Below, one piece after another: positions 45,895-55,827 of a DNA stretch of 64,000 nucleotides. The first letter of the stretch is position 1; each line of letters starts with the position of its first letter. This stretch comes from Clostridia bacterium. GTDB lineage: Bacteria; Bacillota; Clostridia; Christensenellales; CAG-917. The stretch covers positions 301 through 64,300 of the forward strand of contig JAFTSA010000001.1 of assembly GCA_017461985.1 (NCBI GenBank). Reading direction: 5' to 3'. The notes beneath the pieces are model-generated. The model searched no databases and had not been told where the DNA came from. It worked only from the letters and a program-made list of their open reading frames with translations. Both the position numbers and the translations under genes were made by a program.

Positions 45895-48519
45895 ATGAAG
45901 CAAAGAAAACTCATCGCTGTTGTAGCAATTGTTTTGGTTCTTGTTCTTTGCGCAAGCGTCTTCGTGGCATGTAATAAAGACGAAGATCCTCGCTACTTGG
46001 CAACAACAAAGACCTACAAGACCTACGCATCATCTTTCGCTACATCATGGAACGTCCTTGACTATGAAACATCTGACCAAGGTGACATGTTCTCATATTC
46101 ATCATCAGGCTTCTATGAATTCGACTATAAGTTTGACGAAAATGGTGACGTTGTTGATGGACAATTCACAATCGTGCCCGTTATGGCATCAGATTATCCC
46201 ACCGACATCACAGCAGAAATCGCAGCAGAACCCGACAACGATTATCTCTTTGACGAAGAAGACACTGGTTATGCATGGTACATCCCTGTCCGCAAAGGCA
46301 TGACATGGGACAATGGCGATCCTATCGAACTCGAAGACTGGATCTACTCCATGAAGGAACAACTTAACCCCTTGTTCATGAACTATCGTGCAGACAGCTA
46401 TTACAGCAGCAGTACAGTCATCCACAATGCAAAGAACTATCTCTACAGTGGCAAGACCATCATGGCAAGTGATGACGGCCTCATCGCCGCAATCAACGGT
46501 GGAGCAGACTTCTACTTCAGCCCCGCAGCATCCAACTATCTCTTTGGACCTTATGGCGGTCTCGCATCAAGCTACGGAATCCTTCCTACATTTGATTCTC
46601 TCTACAATGACTACTTTGTTGTGACCTATGAAGAACAAGCAGCAGCAGCATGGGAAGCAGGCGAAGACCTTGCAGACGGCGCTATCAAGAAGGCAGATTA
46701 CGACACCCTCGAAGCATTTACACAAGCATACGTTGACTACAAGTTCACCGGTGCAGGCGCATCACCACTGCGTGCAGCAATCAGTGAAGTCTACACAATC
46801 ATCGACACACTTACTCCCGTAGAAGAAGGCACAGCAGCAGGTTACTATCTCGTGACAGATGAACTTCTTGCAGCACTCGATGCAGTTTCACAAGGTTTCT
46901 TCGGCGGCAACTATGGTTGGGCAATGTGCAGCTACATCGGTCAATATCCTGAAACCACTTTTGATCAAGTTGGTCTTAGAACAATTGACGATGGCGAACG
47001 CTACGGCCTCATCCTCATCCTCGATGTTCCTTATGTTGACAATGGTTCACACTTCGTTTGGGCATATGACTTCGGCGGCAACTGGCTCGTCAAGCCCGAT
47101 GTCTATGAAGCATGCAAAGTTGCTCCCGCAGACGGAAGCGAACTCTGGACAAGCACATACGGCACATCAATCGAAACATCACCTTCATACGGCCCCTACA
47201 AACTCACCGCATATCAAACCGGTAAGTACTATGAATTCTCAAAGAACGATGCATGGTTTGGTTACAGCATCCCTGAACTTTCAGAAGGCTACTATGAAAC
47301 AGACAAGATCCAATGCTCATTGATGGAAGAATGGGACACCGCATGGATGGCATTCCAAAAGGGTGACCTCGCAGGCATCGGCATGGACGTTAAGATCGCA
47401 GACGAATACAAGACATCAGCACGTGCATACTTCACTCCTGATGACTATGTCAACACCGTCCAAATCCAAACATCAATCGCAGCAGAACCCGATGACGGCA
47501 TCGCAAAAGAAATCCTCCTCAACACCAAGTTCAGAAAGGCACTCTCACTTGCAATTGACCGTGTTGAATATGCAAAACAATGCACCACATCATCACTGGC
47601 AGGCTTTGGTATCTACAACAGCATGCACTACTATGATGTTGAAAACGGTGGCGTCTATCGTAACACCGACATCGCAAAACAAGTTATCTGTGACGTTTAT
47701 GCAGTTGATGTGAACGATTATGATTCACTTGATGATGCATATGCAGCAGTCGTCGGCTACGACCTCGCACTTGCAAAGCAACTCGTTGCTGAAGCAATCG
47801 CAGAAGAAATCGCAGCAGGCACAATCAAGGCAACTGATGTCCTCGACATCACTTACGGCTCATCAGTTGATAGTGAAGCAGCACGTCGTCCTTACAACTT
47901 CTTGAAGGCAGCATGGGAAAAGATCTTTGAAGGCACACAATTTGCAGGCACTGGCTTCGTCTTCAACTATGACGGAACACACGGTGACGCATATGCAAAC
48001 GACTTCAAGGCAGGCCAATACGAAGTCCTCTCAGCAGGTTGGTCCGGCGCAGCATGGGATCCTTTCTACTTCATGATGGCATACATCCACGATGATTACA
48101 GATACGCACAAGGTTGGGATCCTAGAACTGTCAAAGTCACAGTCACCCTCAACAACGTTGACCCTGAAACAGGCGAATGGCTTGGTGAAGGCAATGGCGA
48201 AACCGCATCATTCACAATGGATGCACTCACAATGTGGGAAGAACTTTACGAAGGCACATGGGCAGAAGGCGAATGCAACGTTGAAAACCGCCTCCTCATC
48301 CTCGGCGCACTCGAAAAGACAGTCCTTGAATCATACTGCTCAATCCCCGTTACATACAGCTTTGGTGCAGCACTCCGCAGCTATCAAATCGAAGCATTCA
48401 CCGACACATACAACACATTCATGGGTTGGGGCGGCATCAAGTACTACAGCTACAACTACAACGATGGCGACTGGGCAAGATACGTTGACAGCCAAAACGG
48501 TCAACTCAACTACAAATAA
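45895..48519 (+). CDS. Oversized family-5 (Opp/Dpp-type) ABC substrate-binding lipoprotein (~874 aa)
   Basis: GGAGG RBS. Lipobox VFVACNKDE. SBP_bac_5-like block YIPVRKGMTWDNGDPIELEDWIYSM and YYEFSKNDAWFGY. Very acidic, with strongly biased codons. Confidence 0.8.
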   Translation: MKQRKLIAVVAIVLVLVLCASVFVACNKDEDPRYLATTKTYKTYASSFATSWNVLDYETSDQGDMFSYSSSGFYEFDYKFDENGDVVDGQFTIVPVMASDYPTDITAEIAAEPDNDYLFDEEDTGYAWYIPVRKGMTWDNGDPIELEDWIYSMKEQLNPLFMNYRADSYYSSSTVIHNAKNYLYSGKTIMASDDGLIAAINGGADFYFSPAASNYLFGPYGGLASSYGILPTFDSLYNDYFVVTYEEQAAAAWEAGEDLADGAIKKADYDTLEAFTQAYVDYKFTGAGASPLRAAISEVYTIIDTLTPVEEGTAAGYYLVTDELLAALDAVSQGFFGGNYGWAMCSYIGQYPETTFDQVGLRTIDDGERYGLILILDVPYVDNGSHFVWAYDFGGNWLVKPDVYEACKVAPADGSELWTSTYGTSIETSPSYGPYKLTAYQTGKYYEFSKNDAWFGYSIPELSEGYYETDKIQCSLMEEWDTAWMAFQKGDLAGIGMDVKIADEYKTSARAYFTPDDYVNTVQIQTSIAAEPDDGIAKEILLNTKFRKALSLAIDRVEYAKQCTTSSLAGFGIYNSMHYYDVENGGVYRNTDIAKQVICDVYAVDVNDYDSLDDAYAAVVGYDLALAKQLVAEAIAEEIAAGTIKATDVLDITYGSSVDSEAARRPYNFLKAAWEKIFEGTQFAGTGFVFNYDGTHGDAYANDFKAGQYEVLSAGWSGAAWDPFYFMMAYIHDDYRYAQGWDPRTVKVTVTLNNVDPETGEWLGEGNGETASFTMDALTMWEELYEGTWAEGECNVENRLLILGALEKTVLESYCSIPVTYSFGAALRSYQIEAFTDTYNTFMGWGGIKYYSYNYNDGDWARYVDSQNGQLNYK

Positions 48520-48586
48520 GTCTTTGATTTGGAACTAAGAGCAAACTCTTAACCCAAGCATGATTTATAATCAAGCGATGAAATAT

Positions 48587-48610
48587 GCTACTCCGCGAAA
48601 GCGGAGTAGC
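48587..48610 (+). other. Perfect 10-bp GAAA-tetraloop hairpin after the binding-protein gene
   Basis: gctactccgc-gaaa-gcggagtagc. No T-run follows. Confidence 0.6.
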
Positions 48611-48716
48611 ACACATCGTTTAAAAGGATATTTTTTCAAAAGCCGCAAGGCAGTTATTTTTTTGTTTGGCGACTTTTGAAAAAATATCAATCGAACAAAA
48701 GCAATAGGAGACAACA

Positions 48717-49661
48717 ATGATTAAATACACTATAAAAAGATTTTGCTTGATGTTATTTACATTGTTTTCCATTATGACAATCTGCTTCGTGCTGATTAAG
48801 TCACTTCCTTTGGTTGTTGACGTGGGATTGGGCAAAGATGCCGAATTCTTGGAAGGTATCATTGAAGCACGTGGCTATAGAAAGCCGGTTATGGAACAGT
48901 ATGTCACATATCTTGGAAGAATTTTCCAAGGTGACTTTGGTGTTGGTATTAATATGGAAAAGGGAACATATGTCCTCGACAACTTCCTTCAAAGACTTCC
49001 CGCAACCATGATTATCAACATTTACGCAATGTTGATTTCAGTGCCTGTTGGCCTTGGTCTCGGCATCTTTGCAGCACTGAAAAAGAACAAGTGGCAAGAC
49101 CAAGTCATTTCAACCGGCGTTATGATTTTCATCTCAGTGCCCAGCTATGTTTACGCATTCTTGGTGCAATATTTGCTTTGCTTCAAGGGAGGACTTCCTT
49201 TGCAGATGAAAAACGGAACGGACTGGCTAAGTTGGGATATGTTTGTGTCTGTCCTTGCGCCTGTTTTGTCGCTGTCCTTTGGTACAATTGCGGGCTTTGC
49301 GAGATATACAAGAGCAGAGCTCACCGAAGTGCTCACAAGTGACTTTATGCTCCTTGCACGCACAAAGGGTTTGACCAGAGGTCAAGCAACCATCCGTCAC
49401 GCACTCCGCAACGCAATGGTCCCCATCTTCCCCATGATTATTGGTGAATTTGTTGGCATCATTGGTGGCTCACTGATCATTGAACAAATCTTCGGTGTCC
49501 CCGGCGTTGGCAGATTGTATCTTAACTCAATCACAACTTTGGACTATGACTACTTTATGTTCTTGTCCATGTTCTATACAGCGATAGGTCTTGCAGCCGG
49601 TATCCTTGTTGACTTGAGCTATGGCTTTATTGATCCTAGAATTAGAATGGGGGCGAAATAA
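48717..49661 (+). CDS. OppB/DppB-type ABC permease
   Basis: AGGAG RBS. EAA-like region LLARTKGLTRGQATIRHALRNA. Confidence 0.85.
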   Translation: MIKYTIKRFCLMLFTLFSIMTICFVLIKSLPLVVDVGLGKDAEFLEGIIEARGYRKPVMEQYVTYLGRIFQGDFGVGINMEKGTYVLDNFLQRLPATMIINIYAMLISVPVGLGLGIFAALKKNKWQDQVISTGVMIFISVPSYVYAFLVQYLLCFKGGLPLQMKNGTDWLSWDMFVSVLAPVLSLSFGTIAGFARYTRAELTEVLTSDFMLLARTKGLTRGQATIRHALRNAMVPIFPMIIGEFVGIIGGSLIIEQIFGVPGVGRLYLNSITTLDYDYFMFLSMFYTAIGLAAGILVDLSYGFIDPRIRMGAK

Positions 49662-49663
49662 TT

Positions 49664-51304
49664 ATGGAAAGAACTGAATACGTAATCAATAAGTCTTCAT
49701 TTGAATTTGTCAACCTTGACAGCAACATCCATGACAACAAACTTGACACCAAGCCTGTTGGTTATCTTCGTGATGCTCTCCGCCGTTTTGCAAAAAACAA
49801 AGGCTCTGTGGTTGCAGCAGGAATCATTTTGATCCTTGTTTTGTTTGCAATCATCGCACCTATGGCATCAGATTATACTGTTTCTTTCAGAGACCCTTAT
49901 TTTAGAACAACTCTTCCCATCTGCACCGCAGCAAAGAACAATCCCAATATGGATTTCTGGGATGGTTGCTCGGAAGTTGAGCTTGCTCAAACCACATTTG
50001 AACTTTACTACGGCATCAACGTAGAATCAGGTCAAGAAGCGGTCAAGCGCGGAGAATATACCGTCCGTCAAGTCACAAGAGAGTTGAAAAACAACAAGAC
50101 AAGAGTGGACAATTTGTACACCTTCCGACTTAACTCTTACTACAAGGTGGGTGCATACTACAAGAACTTGACCCTTGAAGAATATCGTTCAATTCAAGAA
50201 TATCAAGACAGAACAGGCAAGCAAGTGCTTTATCCCGTTGTTGCAAAGAAAGAACGTGTCACCGCACTTCTTGACCAACTTGATCCCAGCACCGCATCAT
50301 CAAAGACATATATCAACGATGACGGCAACTTCTGGTATAAGGTCAAGATCTCATCAAAAGCACCTTACACTCCCACAGCGGTCTTTGATGAAAATGGCAA
50401 CTACATAAACAACTACGCAGTTGATCCTACCTCAGACAAGGACTTGTACACAAGCAAGATGCTTGTTGAGGGCGACACCAAACAATATCTCTACGGCATC
50501 AAAAACCAAAATGGTTTTGAAGTGAGAATCAACTACTATGAATACTTCTGCTATGTTCACTATATGGCAGGGGACGGCATTGAATCTCCTCACTTCATTT
50601 TCGGCACAAATGGTGACGGACAAGACATCTTCACATGCCTTGCAGCAGGTGCAAGATTCAGCTTCTTGTTGGCAATTCTTGTTTCAATCATCAACCTCAC
50701 ACTGGGCGCAATCTACGGCGCAATCGAAGGTTACTATGGCGGTCTTGCAGATATCTGCATGGAAAGAATTTCAGACATCTTGGGCGCAATCCCTATGATG
50801 ATCGTCCTCACCCTTGTCAGATTGCAACTTTCAAACAAGACAGATATTCCTTCACAGGACATCGCCCTTGTTTCAATGATCATATCCTTCCTGGCAACTG
50901 GTTGGATTGGCATGGCATCAAGCGTCCGTATGCAATTCTACCGTTTCAAGAATCAGGAATATGTCCTCGCTGCACGCACTCTTGGCGCAAGAGACAGACG
51001 CATCATCTTGAAACATATCTTGCCCAACAGCTTGGGAACACTCATCACAGGATCAGTCCTTGTCATTCCTGGTGTTATGTTCAGTGAATCATCATTGGCA
51101 TACCTGGGCATTTTGGACCTTTCAACCTCAACGTCAACCTCAATCGGTGTGTTGCTGGCAAACGGCCAACCCTACTTGACAACATATCCTCACGTCATTT
51201 TGTTCCCCGCATTGTTCATCTCATTGTTGATGCTGTCATTCAACCTGTTCGGCAATGGTCTTAGAGACGCATTCAACCCGCAACTTAGAGGATCGGAGGG
51301 CTAA
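49664..51304 (+). CDS. OppC/DppC-type ABC permease with a ~250-aa extracytoplasmic insertion after TM1
   Basis: N-terminal RRFAKNKGSVVAAGIILILV, a ~250-aa hydrophilic segment, then the conserved core (AARTLGARDRRIILKHILPN). 546 aa, against roughly 300 as I recall for this family. Confidence 0.8.
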   Translation: MERTEYVINKSSFEFVNLDSNIHDNKLDTKPVGYLRDALRRFAKNKGSVVAAGIILILVLFAIIAPMASDYTVSFRDPYFRTTLPICTAAKNNPNMDFWDGCSEVELAQTTFELYYGINVESGQEAVKRGEYTVRQVTRELKNNKTRVDNLYTFRLNSYYKVGAYYKNLTLEEYRSIQEYQDRTGKQVLYPVVAKKERVTALLDQLDPSTASSKTYINDDGNFWYKVKISSKAPYTPTAVFDENGNYINNYAVDPTSDKDLYTSKMLVEGDTKQYLYGIKNQNGFEVRINYYEYFCYVHYMAGDGIESPHFIFGTNGDGQDIFTCLAAGARFSFLLAILVSIINLTLGAIYGAIEGYYGGLADICMERISDILGAIPMMIVLTLVRLQLSNKTDIPSQDIALVSMIISFLATGWIGMASSVRMQFYRFKNQEYVLAARTLGARDRRIILKHILPNSLGTLITGSVLVIPGVMFSESSLAYLGILDLSTSTSTSIGVLLANGQPYLTTYPHVILFPALFISLLMLSFNLFGNGLRDAFNPQLRGSEG

Positions 51305-51307
51305 ACT

Positions 51308-53491
51308 ATGGAAAAGAAACTTGAAGTCAAAAACCTTAGAATATCTTTCCGTACTGACGCAGGCAAAGTTCAAGCTGTCCGTGGCATAGACTTTGACCTC
51401 TACAAGGGTGAAACCCTTGCAATCGTTGGCGAATCCGGTTCAGGAAAGTCAGTCACAAACAAAGCTATCATCGGCATTTCAGCACCCAACGCAATCATTG
51501 AAAGTGGTGAAATCCTTTATGATGGTATGGACCTTCTTCAAATCAGTGAAGACGATTTCCACAAACTTCGTGGCGACAAGATTGCAATGATCTTCCAAGA
51601 TCCTTTGTCAGCACTGGACCCCATCAACCGCATCGGTATGCAACTTACCGAAGCAATGATCCTTAAAAACCGCGCAAACAGACGCGAATCAAGAAGGCTG
51701 TTCAACCGCACAATTAAGAATCTTTGCACAGCAATGAACGGTGCAATGGGCGTTGACGCAAACAGCGAACAAGGCAAGATCAACAAGCAAAAAATCACCG
51801 ACTTTAACACCTTTGAGAAACTCCATCTCAAGCTTGAAGGCGCATACAACGAAGCACACACCAATGCAAGCCTTGCAATCGAAGATATTGAAGACCTCCT
51901 TTTCCACATTGAGAAGAAGGCTGTCAGTGACTTCGGCGCAGAAAAGAGCAACATCATCCGTGCAGCAAAGAAGTCTGTTCACGAATATGTCTGTTCAGAC
52001 AAAGTTGTTGCACTGGCAGAGGCATTTAAGGAAGCATCAAAGGGTTGCACAAGAGCAAAGGACTATACCCCTTGTGTCGAACCTTTGAAGGCACTCCTTG
52101 AAGAATTGAAGGAAGGAGCAGCCAAGCTGTCCCCCAACTACTTTGCATTGGCATACTTCCTCACCTTTGGCAAGGAAGAACTTCCCAAACTGCCCACTGA
52201 TGAGCTCAATGTCTATCTCCGTAGATACCTTGACGACAACTTCATGCTCGCTTTCATCGAAGATGAAAAGAAGGGTTTGATTTATTCACGTGAATGTTCA
52301 CTGGACAACAGAGCAGAAGCTATCGCAACCATCCAATCATTGAGAGATGTGTTCACAGCAGAAACCCTGGACAAGAAGGCATGCAAAGCAGCTGCAAAAC
52401 AAATGACAGATGCAGTTGCAAAGGCAATCGACAAGCTCGCTCTTGTTAAGGATTCAACAGCATACACCTTTAAGGCAAGTCTTAATCGCGCAATCAACAC
52501 ATATTTCACAGCAGGTCCTTCAAACGCAAAAGAAGAAAAGCGTTTCAACAAGGAAAAGAAGAAATATGACAAGATCATTGCAAAGGGCAAGACACCTGAT
52601 TACTCAGTTATCCCTGCAAGAATCATCGACATCGACATCGCAAAGGAAAATATCCTTCATGTCATCGACAAGGTCACAGCTGCATTTAAGACTGCAATTG
52701 ACAATCGTGACAACTACGATGCAGACAAAGAAGCAGTGGCAATGATTGACTTCCTCAAAGAAAAGGCACAAGCAGTTGCATACCGCGTCACAAAGCGTAT
52801 CGCAAAGAGCAAGGCCCTGAAACTTATGGAAGAAGTGGGCATTGCAGAACCTAAGAAGAGATATCGTCAATATCCTTTCCAATTCTCAGGTGGTATGCGT
52901 CAACGTATCGTCATCGCAATTGCACTTGCTGCAAACCCTGACATCCTCATCTGTGACGAACCTACAACCGCTCTTGACGTGACAATTCAAGCACAAATCC
53001 TTGAACTCATCAACAAGATCAAGAGAGAAAGAAATTTGTCCATCATCTTCATCACCCACGACCTCGGCGTTGTGGCAAACATGGCTGACCGTATTGCAGT
53101 TATGTACGCAGGCAAGATTGTTGAAACTGGCACATCAGAAGATGTCTTCTATTCACCTGCACACCCCTATACATGGGCACTTCTTTCATCAATGCCTGAC
53201 CTTGACACCAATGAGAAGTTGGAAGCCATCCCCGGCACACCTCCCAATATGATCTATCCTCCCAAGGGAGATGCATTTGCAGCACGTAATAAGTATGCAA
53301 TGAAGATCGATTTCGAGTTGCAACCTCCCATGTTCAAGATCAGCGATACACACTCTGCTGCAACTTGGCTTTTGCACCCCGATGCACCCAAAGTGGAATT
53401 GCCCAAGGCAATCTCTGCACGTATCGAACGCATGAAGACAAAGAATAACATCGGAGCAGAACCCCAAAATACTGAAGAAGGAGAAAACTGA
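51308..53491 (+). CDS. OppD-type ABC ATPase with a ~365-aa insertion between the Q-loop and the ABC signature
   Basis: GESGSGKS (aa 41-48) and MIFQDP (aa 94-99). FSGGMRQR appears only at aa 526, then ILICDEPTTALD. C-terminal oligopeptide-ATPase tail PAHPYTWALL. Confidence 0.85.
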   Translation: MEKKLEVKNLRISFRTDAGKVQAVRGIDFDLYKGETLAIVGESGSGKSVTNKAIIGISAPNAIIESGEILYDGMDLLQISEDDFHKLRGDKIAMIFQDPLSALDPINRIGMQLTEAMILKNRANRRESRRLFNRTIKNLCTAMNGAMGVDANSEQGKINKQKITDFNTFEKLHLKLEGAYNEAHTNASLAIEDIEDLLFHIEKKAVSDFGAEKSNIIRAAKKSVHEYVCSDKVVALAEAFKEASKGCTRAKDYTPCVEPLKALLEELKEGAAKLSPNYFALAYFLTFGKEELPKLPTDELNVYLRRYLDDNFMLAFIEDEKKGLIYSRECSLDNRAEAIATIQSLRDVFTAETLDKKACKAAAKQMTDAVAKAIDKLALVKDSTAYTFKASLNRAINTYFTAGPSNAKEEKRFNKEKKKYDKIIAKGKTPDYSVIPARIIDIDIAKENILHVIDKVTAAFKTAIDNRDNYDADKEAVAMIDFLKEKAQAVAYRVTKRIAKSKALKLMEEVGIAEPKKRYRQYPFQFSGGMRQRIVIAIALAANPDILICDEPTTALDVTIQAQILELINKIKRERNLSIIFITHDLGVVANMADRIAVMYAGKIVETGTSEDVFYSPAHPYTWALLSSMPDLDTNEKLEAIPGTPPNMIYPPKGDAFAARNKYAMKIDFELQPPMFKISDTHSAATWLLHPDAPKVELPKAISARIERMKTKNNIGAEPQNTEEGEN

Positions 53492-53493
53492 TT

Positions 53494-54792
53494 ATGAGTG
53501 AAATTTTGAACGAACAAGAAGTCCTTCTCCAAGAAGAAACAGTTGAAGCAACCCCCGAAAAGCGCGAAATCAGTGATGAAGTGCTTTTGAAGGTTGAAAA
53601 TCTTTGCCAATTCTTCAAGCTTGGTCAATCCACATTGAAGGCAGTCAACAACGTCAGTTTTGAGGTCAAAAAGGGCGAAGTTTTCGGTTTGGTTGGCGAA
53701 TCCGGTTGTGGCAAAACCACAACAGGCAGAAGCATTATCAAACTCTACAACTGCACATCAGGCAATGTCTATTTTGACGGCAAGAGAATTTGCGCAGGCA
53801 CTGGTTCATACAAAGACACCAAAAAGGCAGCCTTCAAAGAAGTTGTTGATGCATACAAGTCAAAAGATGCAGACAAAGCAACAAAGAAGGCCGCTCTTGA
53901 CAAATATCTTGCAGTAGCCAAAGAAGAAAACGCAAAAATTAAAGCCGCAAAACACGACCAAAAGAAGTGTGACAAGGACTACGCAAAGCAAAAGATTGCA
54001 GAAGTTAAGGCTGAATATCTCCCCAAACTCAAAGAGATGGACAAGAAATCTCCTGAGTATAAGGAAACTCTCAAAAACTTCTTGAAGGAATATCGTCTTG
54101 CAAGCAAGGAACGTTTGGTCACCAAGATCCAAATGGTCTTCCAAGATCCTATCGCATCCCTTGACCCCCGTATGACCGTCAAAGAAATCATCGCAGAAGG
54201 TCTTATCATCAAGGGTATCCGTGACAAGAAAGTCATCGAAGAAAAGGTCTATGAAGTCCTTGAAAAGGTCGGCCTTGTCAGAGAACACGCAGGCAGATAT
54301 CCTCACGAATTCTCCGGCGGTCAAAGACAACGTATCGGTGTGGCACGTTCAATCATCATGAACCCCAAGCTCATCATCGCAGACGAACCTGTCAGTGCTC
54401 TTGACGTGTCAATTCAAGCACAGGTCATCAACCTCTTGAACGACCTTCGTCATGAACTTGGCCTCACAATTCTCTTCATCGCCCACGACCTTTCAGTTGT
54501 CAAATACTTCTCAGATCGTATCGCAGTTATGTATTTCGGCAATATGGTTGAATTGACCACCTCAGAAGAGCTGTTCAAGCATCCTCTGCATCCTTATACA
54601 AGATCATTGTTGTCAGCAATTCCTCTTCCTGACCCTATTTATGAAAAGAAGAGAGAACGTATTGTCTACAATCCTCTTGCTGATCACGACTACTCAGTGG
54701 ACAAGCCTACACTTCGCGAAGTGGCTCCTGGACACTTTGTTTCTTGCAACGACGCAGAGTTCAAGAAATATCAAGAGATTCTCGCAAAATAA
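53494..54792 (+). CDS. OppF-type ABC ATPase with a ~90-aa lysine-rich insertion before the Q-loop
   Basis: GESGCGKTT (aa 68-76), FDGKRI (aa ~94), then a K/A/E-rich stretch up to MVFQDP (aa 214-219). FSGGQRQR, and a PLHPYTRSLL tail. Confidence 0.85.
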   Translation: MSEILNEQEVLLQEETVEATPEKREISDEVLLKVENLCQFFKLGQSTLKAVNNVSFEVKKGEVFGLVGESGCGKTTTGRSIIKLYNCTSGNVYFDGKRICAGTGSYKDTKKAAFKEVVDAYKSKDADKATKKAALDKYLAVAKEENAKIKAAKHDQKKCDKDYAKQKIAEVKAEYLPKLKEMDKKSPEYKETLKNFLKEYRLASKERLVTKIQMVFQDPIASLDPRMTVKEIIAEGLIIKGIRDKKVIEEKVYEVLEKVGLVREHAGRYPHEFSGGQRQRIGVARSIIMNPKLIIADEPVSALDVSIQAQVINLLNDLRHELGLTILFIAHDLSVVKYFSDRIAVMYFGNMVELTTSEELFKHPLHPYTRSLLSAIPLPDPIYEKKRERIVYNPLADHDYSVDKPTLREVAPGHFVSCNDAEFKKYQEILAK

Positions 54793-54794
54793 CA

Positions 54795-55211
54795 GTGGAC
54801 AAAGCAAAGAAAACACTTATAACATATTTGATTACCATCGCAGTTGCCGCCGTCTTGATGATTGGCGTCAGCGCGTTGCGTGGGGCATTTTCAGTGGCGC
54901 TCACCCAAAAGGAAGCAATACAATGTGCCTGTGATGCATTCTTTGTTGTTGGCATGGTATATCTGTGTGCAGGAGGCGTTATGTGGGCTTCCAGAAAGGG
55001 CACCTTCGACGGATTGGGATACTCCTTTTCATTGTTGAAACAACGCTATACCAAAAACAAAAGAAATTGGCAAAACGAAGAATCCTTTTATGACTACAAA
55101 GAACGTAAGGCAGAAAAGAAAAAGGAAAAGAGAAGCAACCATTTGGTGATCATCGGCGGAATCTTTGTTATCGTTGCAGCAATACTTCTTGTGGTATTCT
55201 ACTATGCATAA
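54795..55211 (+). CDS. Small membrane protein (DUF3899-like), start uncertain
   Basis: Two or three hydrophobic spans flank a basic loop KRNWQNEESFYDYKERKAEKKKEKR. The start is either GTG 54795 or the tracked ATG 54744, which overlaps the ATPase gene. Confidence 0.55.
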   Translation: MDKAKKTLITYLITIAVAAVLMIGVSALRGAFSVALTQKEAIQCACDAFFVVGMVYLCAGGVMWASRKGTFDGLGYSFSLLKQRYTKNKRNWQNEESFYDYKERKAEKKKEKRSNHLVIIGGIFVIVAAILLVVFYYA

Positions 55212-55228
55212 AGATTGAAAGCACAATC

Positions 55229-55257
55229 AGCGGACACGAAAGTGTCCGCTTTTTTTT
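55229..55257 (+). terminator. Rho-independent terminator ending the Opp-like operon
   Basis: agcggacac-gaaa-gtgtccgct followed by T8. Confidence 0.85.
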
Positions 55258-55423
55258 GTTCGTAATCCGCGAGCAAAAACACATTAAAATCTTGAAACAA
55301 GGGAAATAATCAACAAAAGAAAAAGATTTGTCATTTATTTGCACAAATTATCACACAAATTTGCTTTAGCGCTTTACTTTCTTAAAGAAAAAGTGTAAAA
55401 TATAGGTATAAATGAGGCAACCT

Positions 55424-55750
55424 ATGAATCTTTTTGAAATCTTTGCAAAACTTAATACCGCTGAAGAAGTAGAAGCATTTTTTGACGATCTCTGCACCTA
55501 TGCAGAAATCGAAAAAATGGAGCAACGTGTAGAAGCCGCACAAATGTTCCTTGACGGCGCAACCTACAATCAAGTCATACAAAAAACAGAAATATCATCT
55601 GCAACATTGTCCCGTGTGTCACGTTGTATACGTCACGGAAGCGGCGGCTATAGCGATATTCTCCGCAGACTTGTGGCAGAGCAAAGAGCGGCCGCAGAGG
55701 GCGCAGAAGAGGCCACTGAACCTGCAACAGAAGAAGGCGCAGAGGAATAA
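55424..55750 (+). CDS. YerC/YecD (TrpR-like) family protein with an acidic Ala/Glu tail
   Basis: GAGG 6 nt before ATG 55424. LCTYAEIEKMEQRVEAAQMFLDGATYNQVIQKTEISSATLSRVSRCIRHGSGGY. Confidence 0.75.
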   Translation: MNLFEIFAKLNTAEEVEAFFDDLCTYAEIEKMEQRVEAAQMFLDGATYNQVIQKTEISSATLSRVSRCIRHGSGGYSDILRRLVAEQRAAAEGAEEATEPATEEGAEE

Positions 55751-55827
55751 TCATAAAACAACAGAATACGACAAAATCCACCGTGCAACCGAAAGGATGT
55801 GCGGTTTTTTTGTTGCAAAATTTTGGT

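Noticed and set aside
45929-48538. A series of same-strand, out-of-frame ORFs (64-154 aa) inside the Opp-like binding-protein gene. Their products are rich in Gln, Thr, Ser and His.
   Set aside because: These are a by-product of extreme codon bias in the real frame, where GCA, ACA, TCA, GAA and similar codons leave the +2 frame stop-free. They have no RBS and no independent signal.
55775-55812. A possible terminator after the yerC-like gene (ccaccgtgcaaccgaaaggatgtgcggttttttt).
   Set aside because: The T-run is good, but I could only pair a short imperfect stem by eye, so I did not annotate it as a feature.
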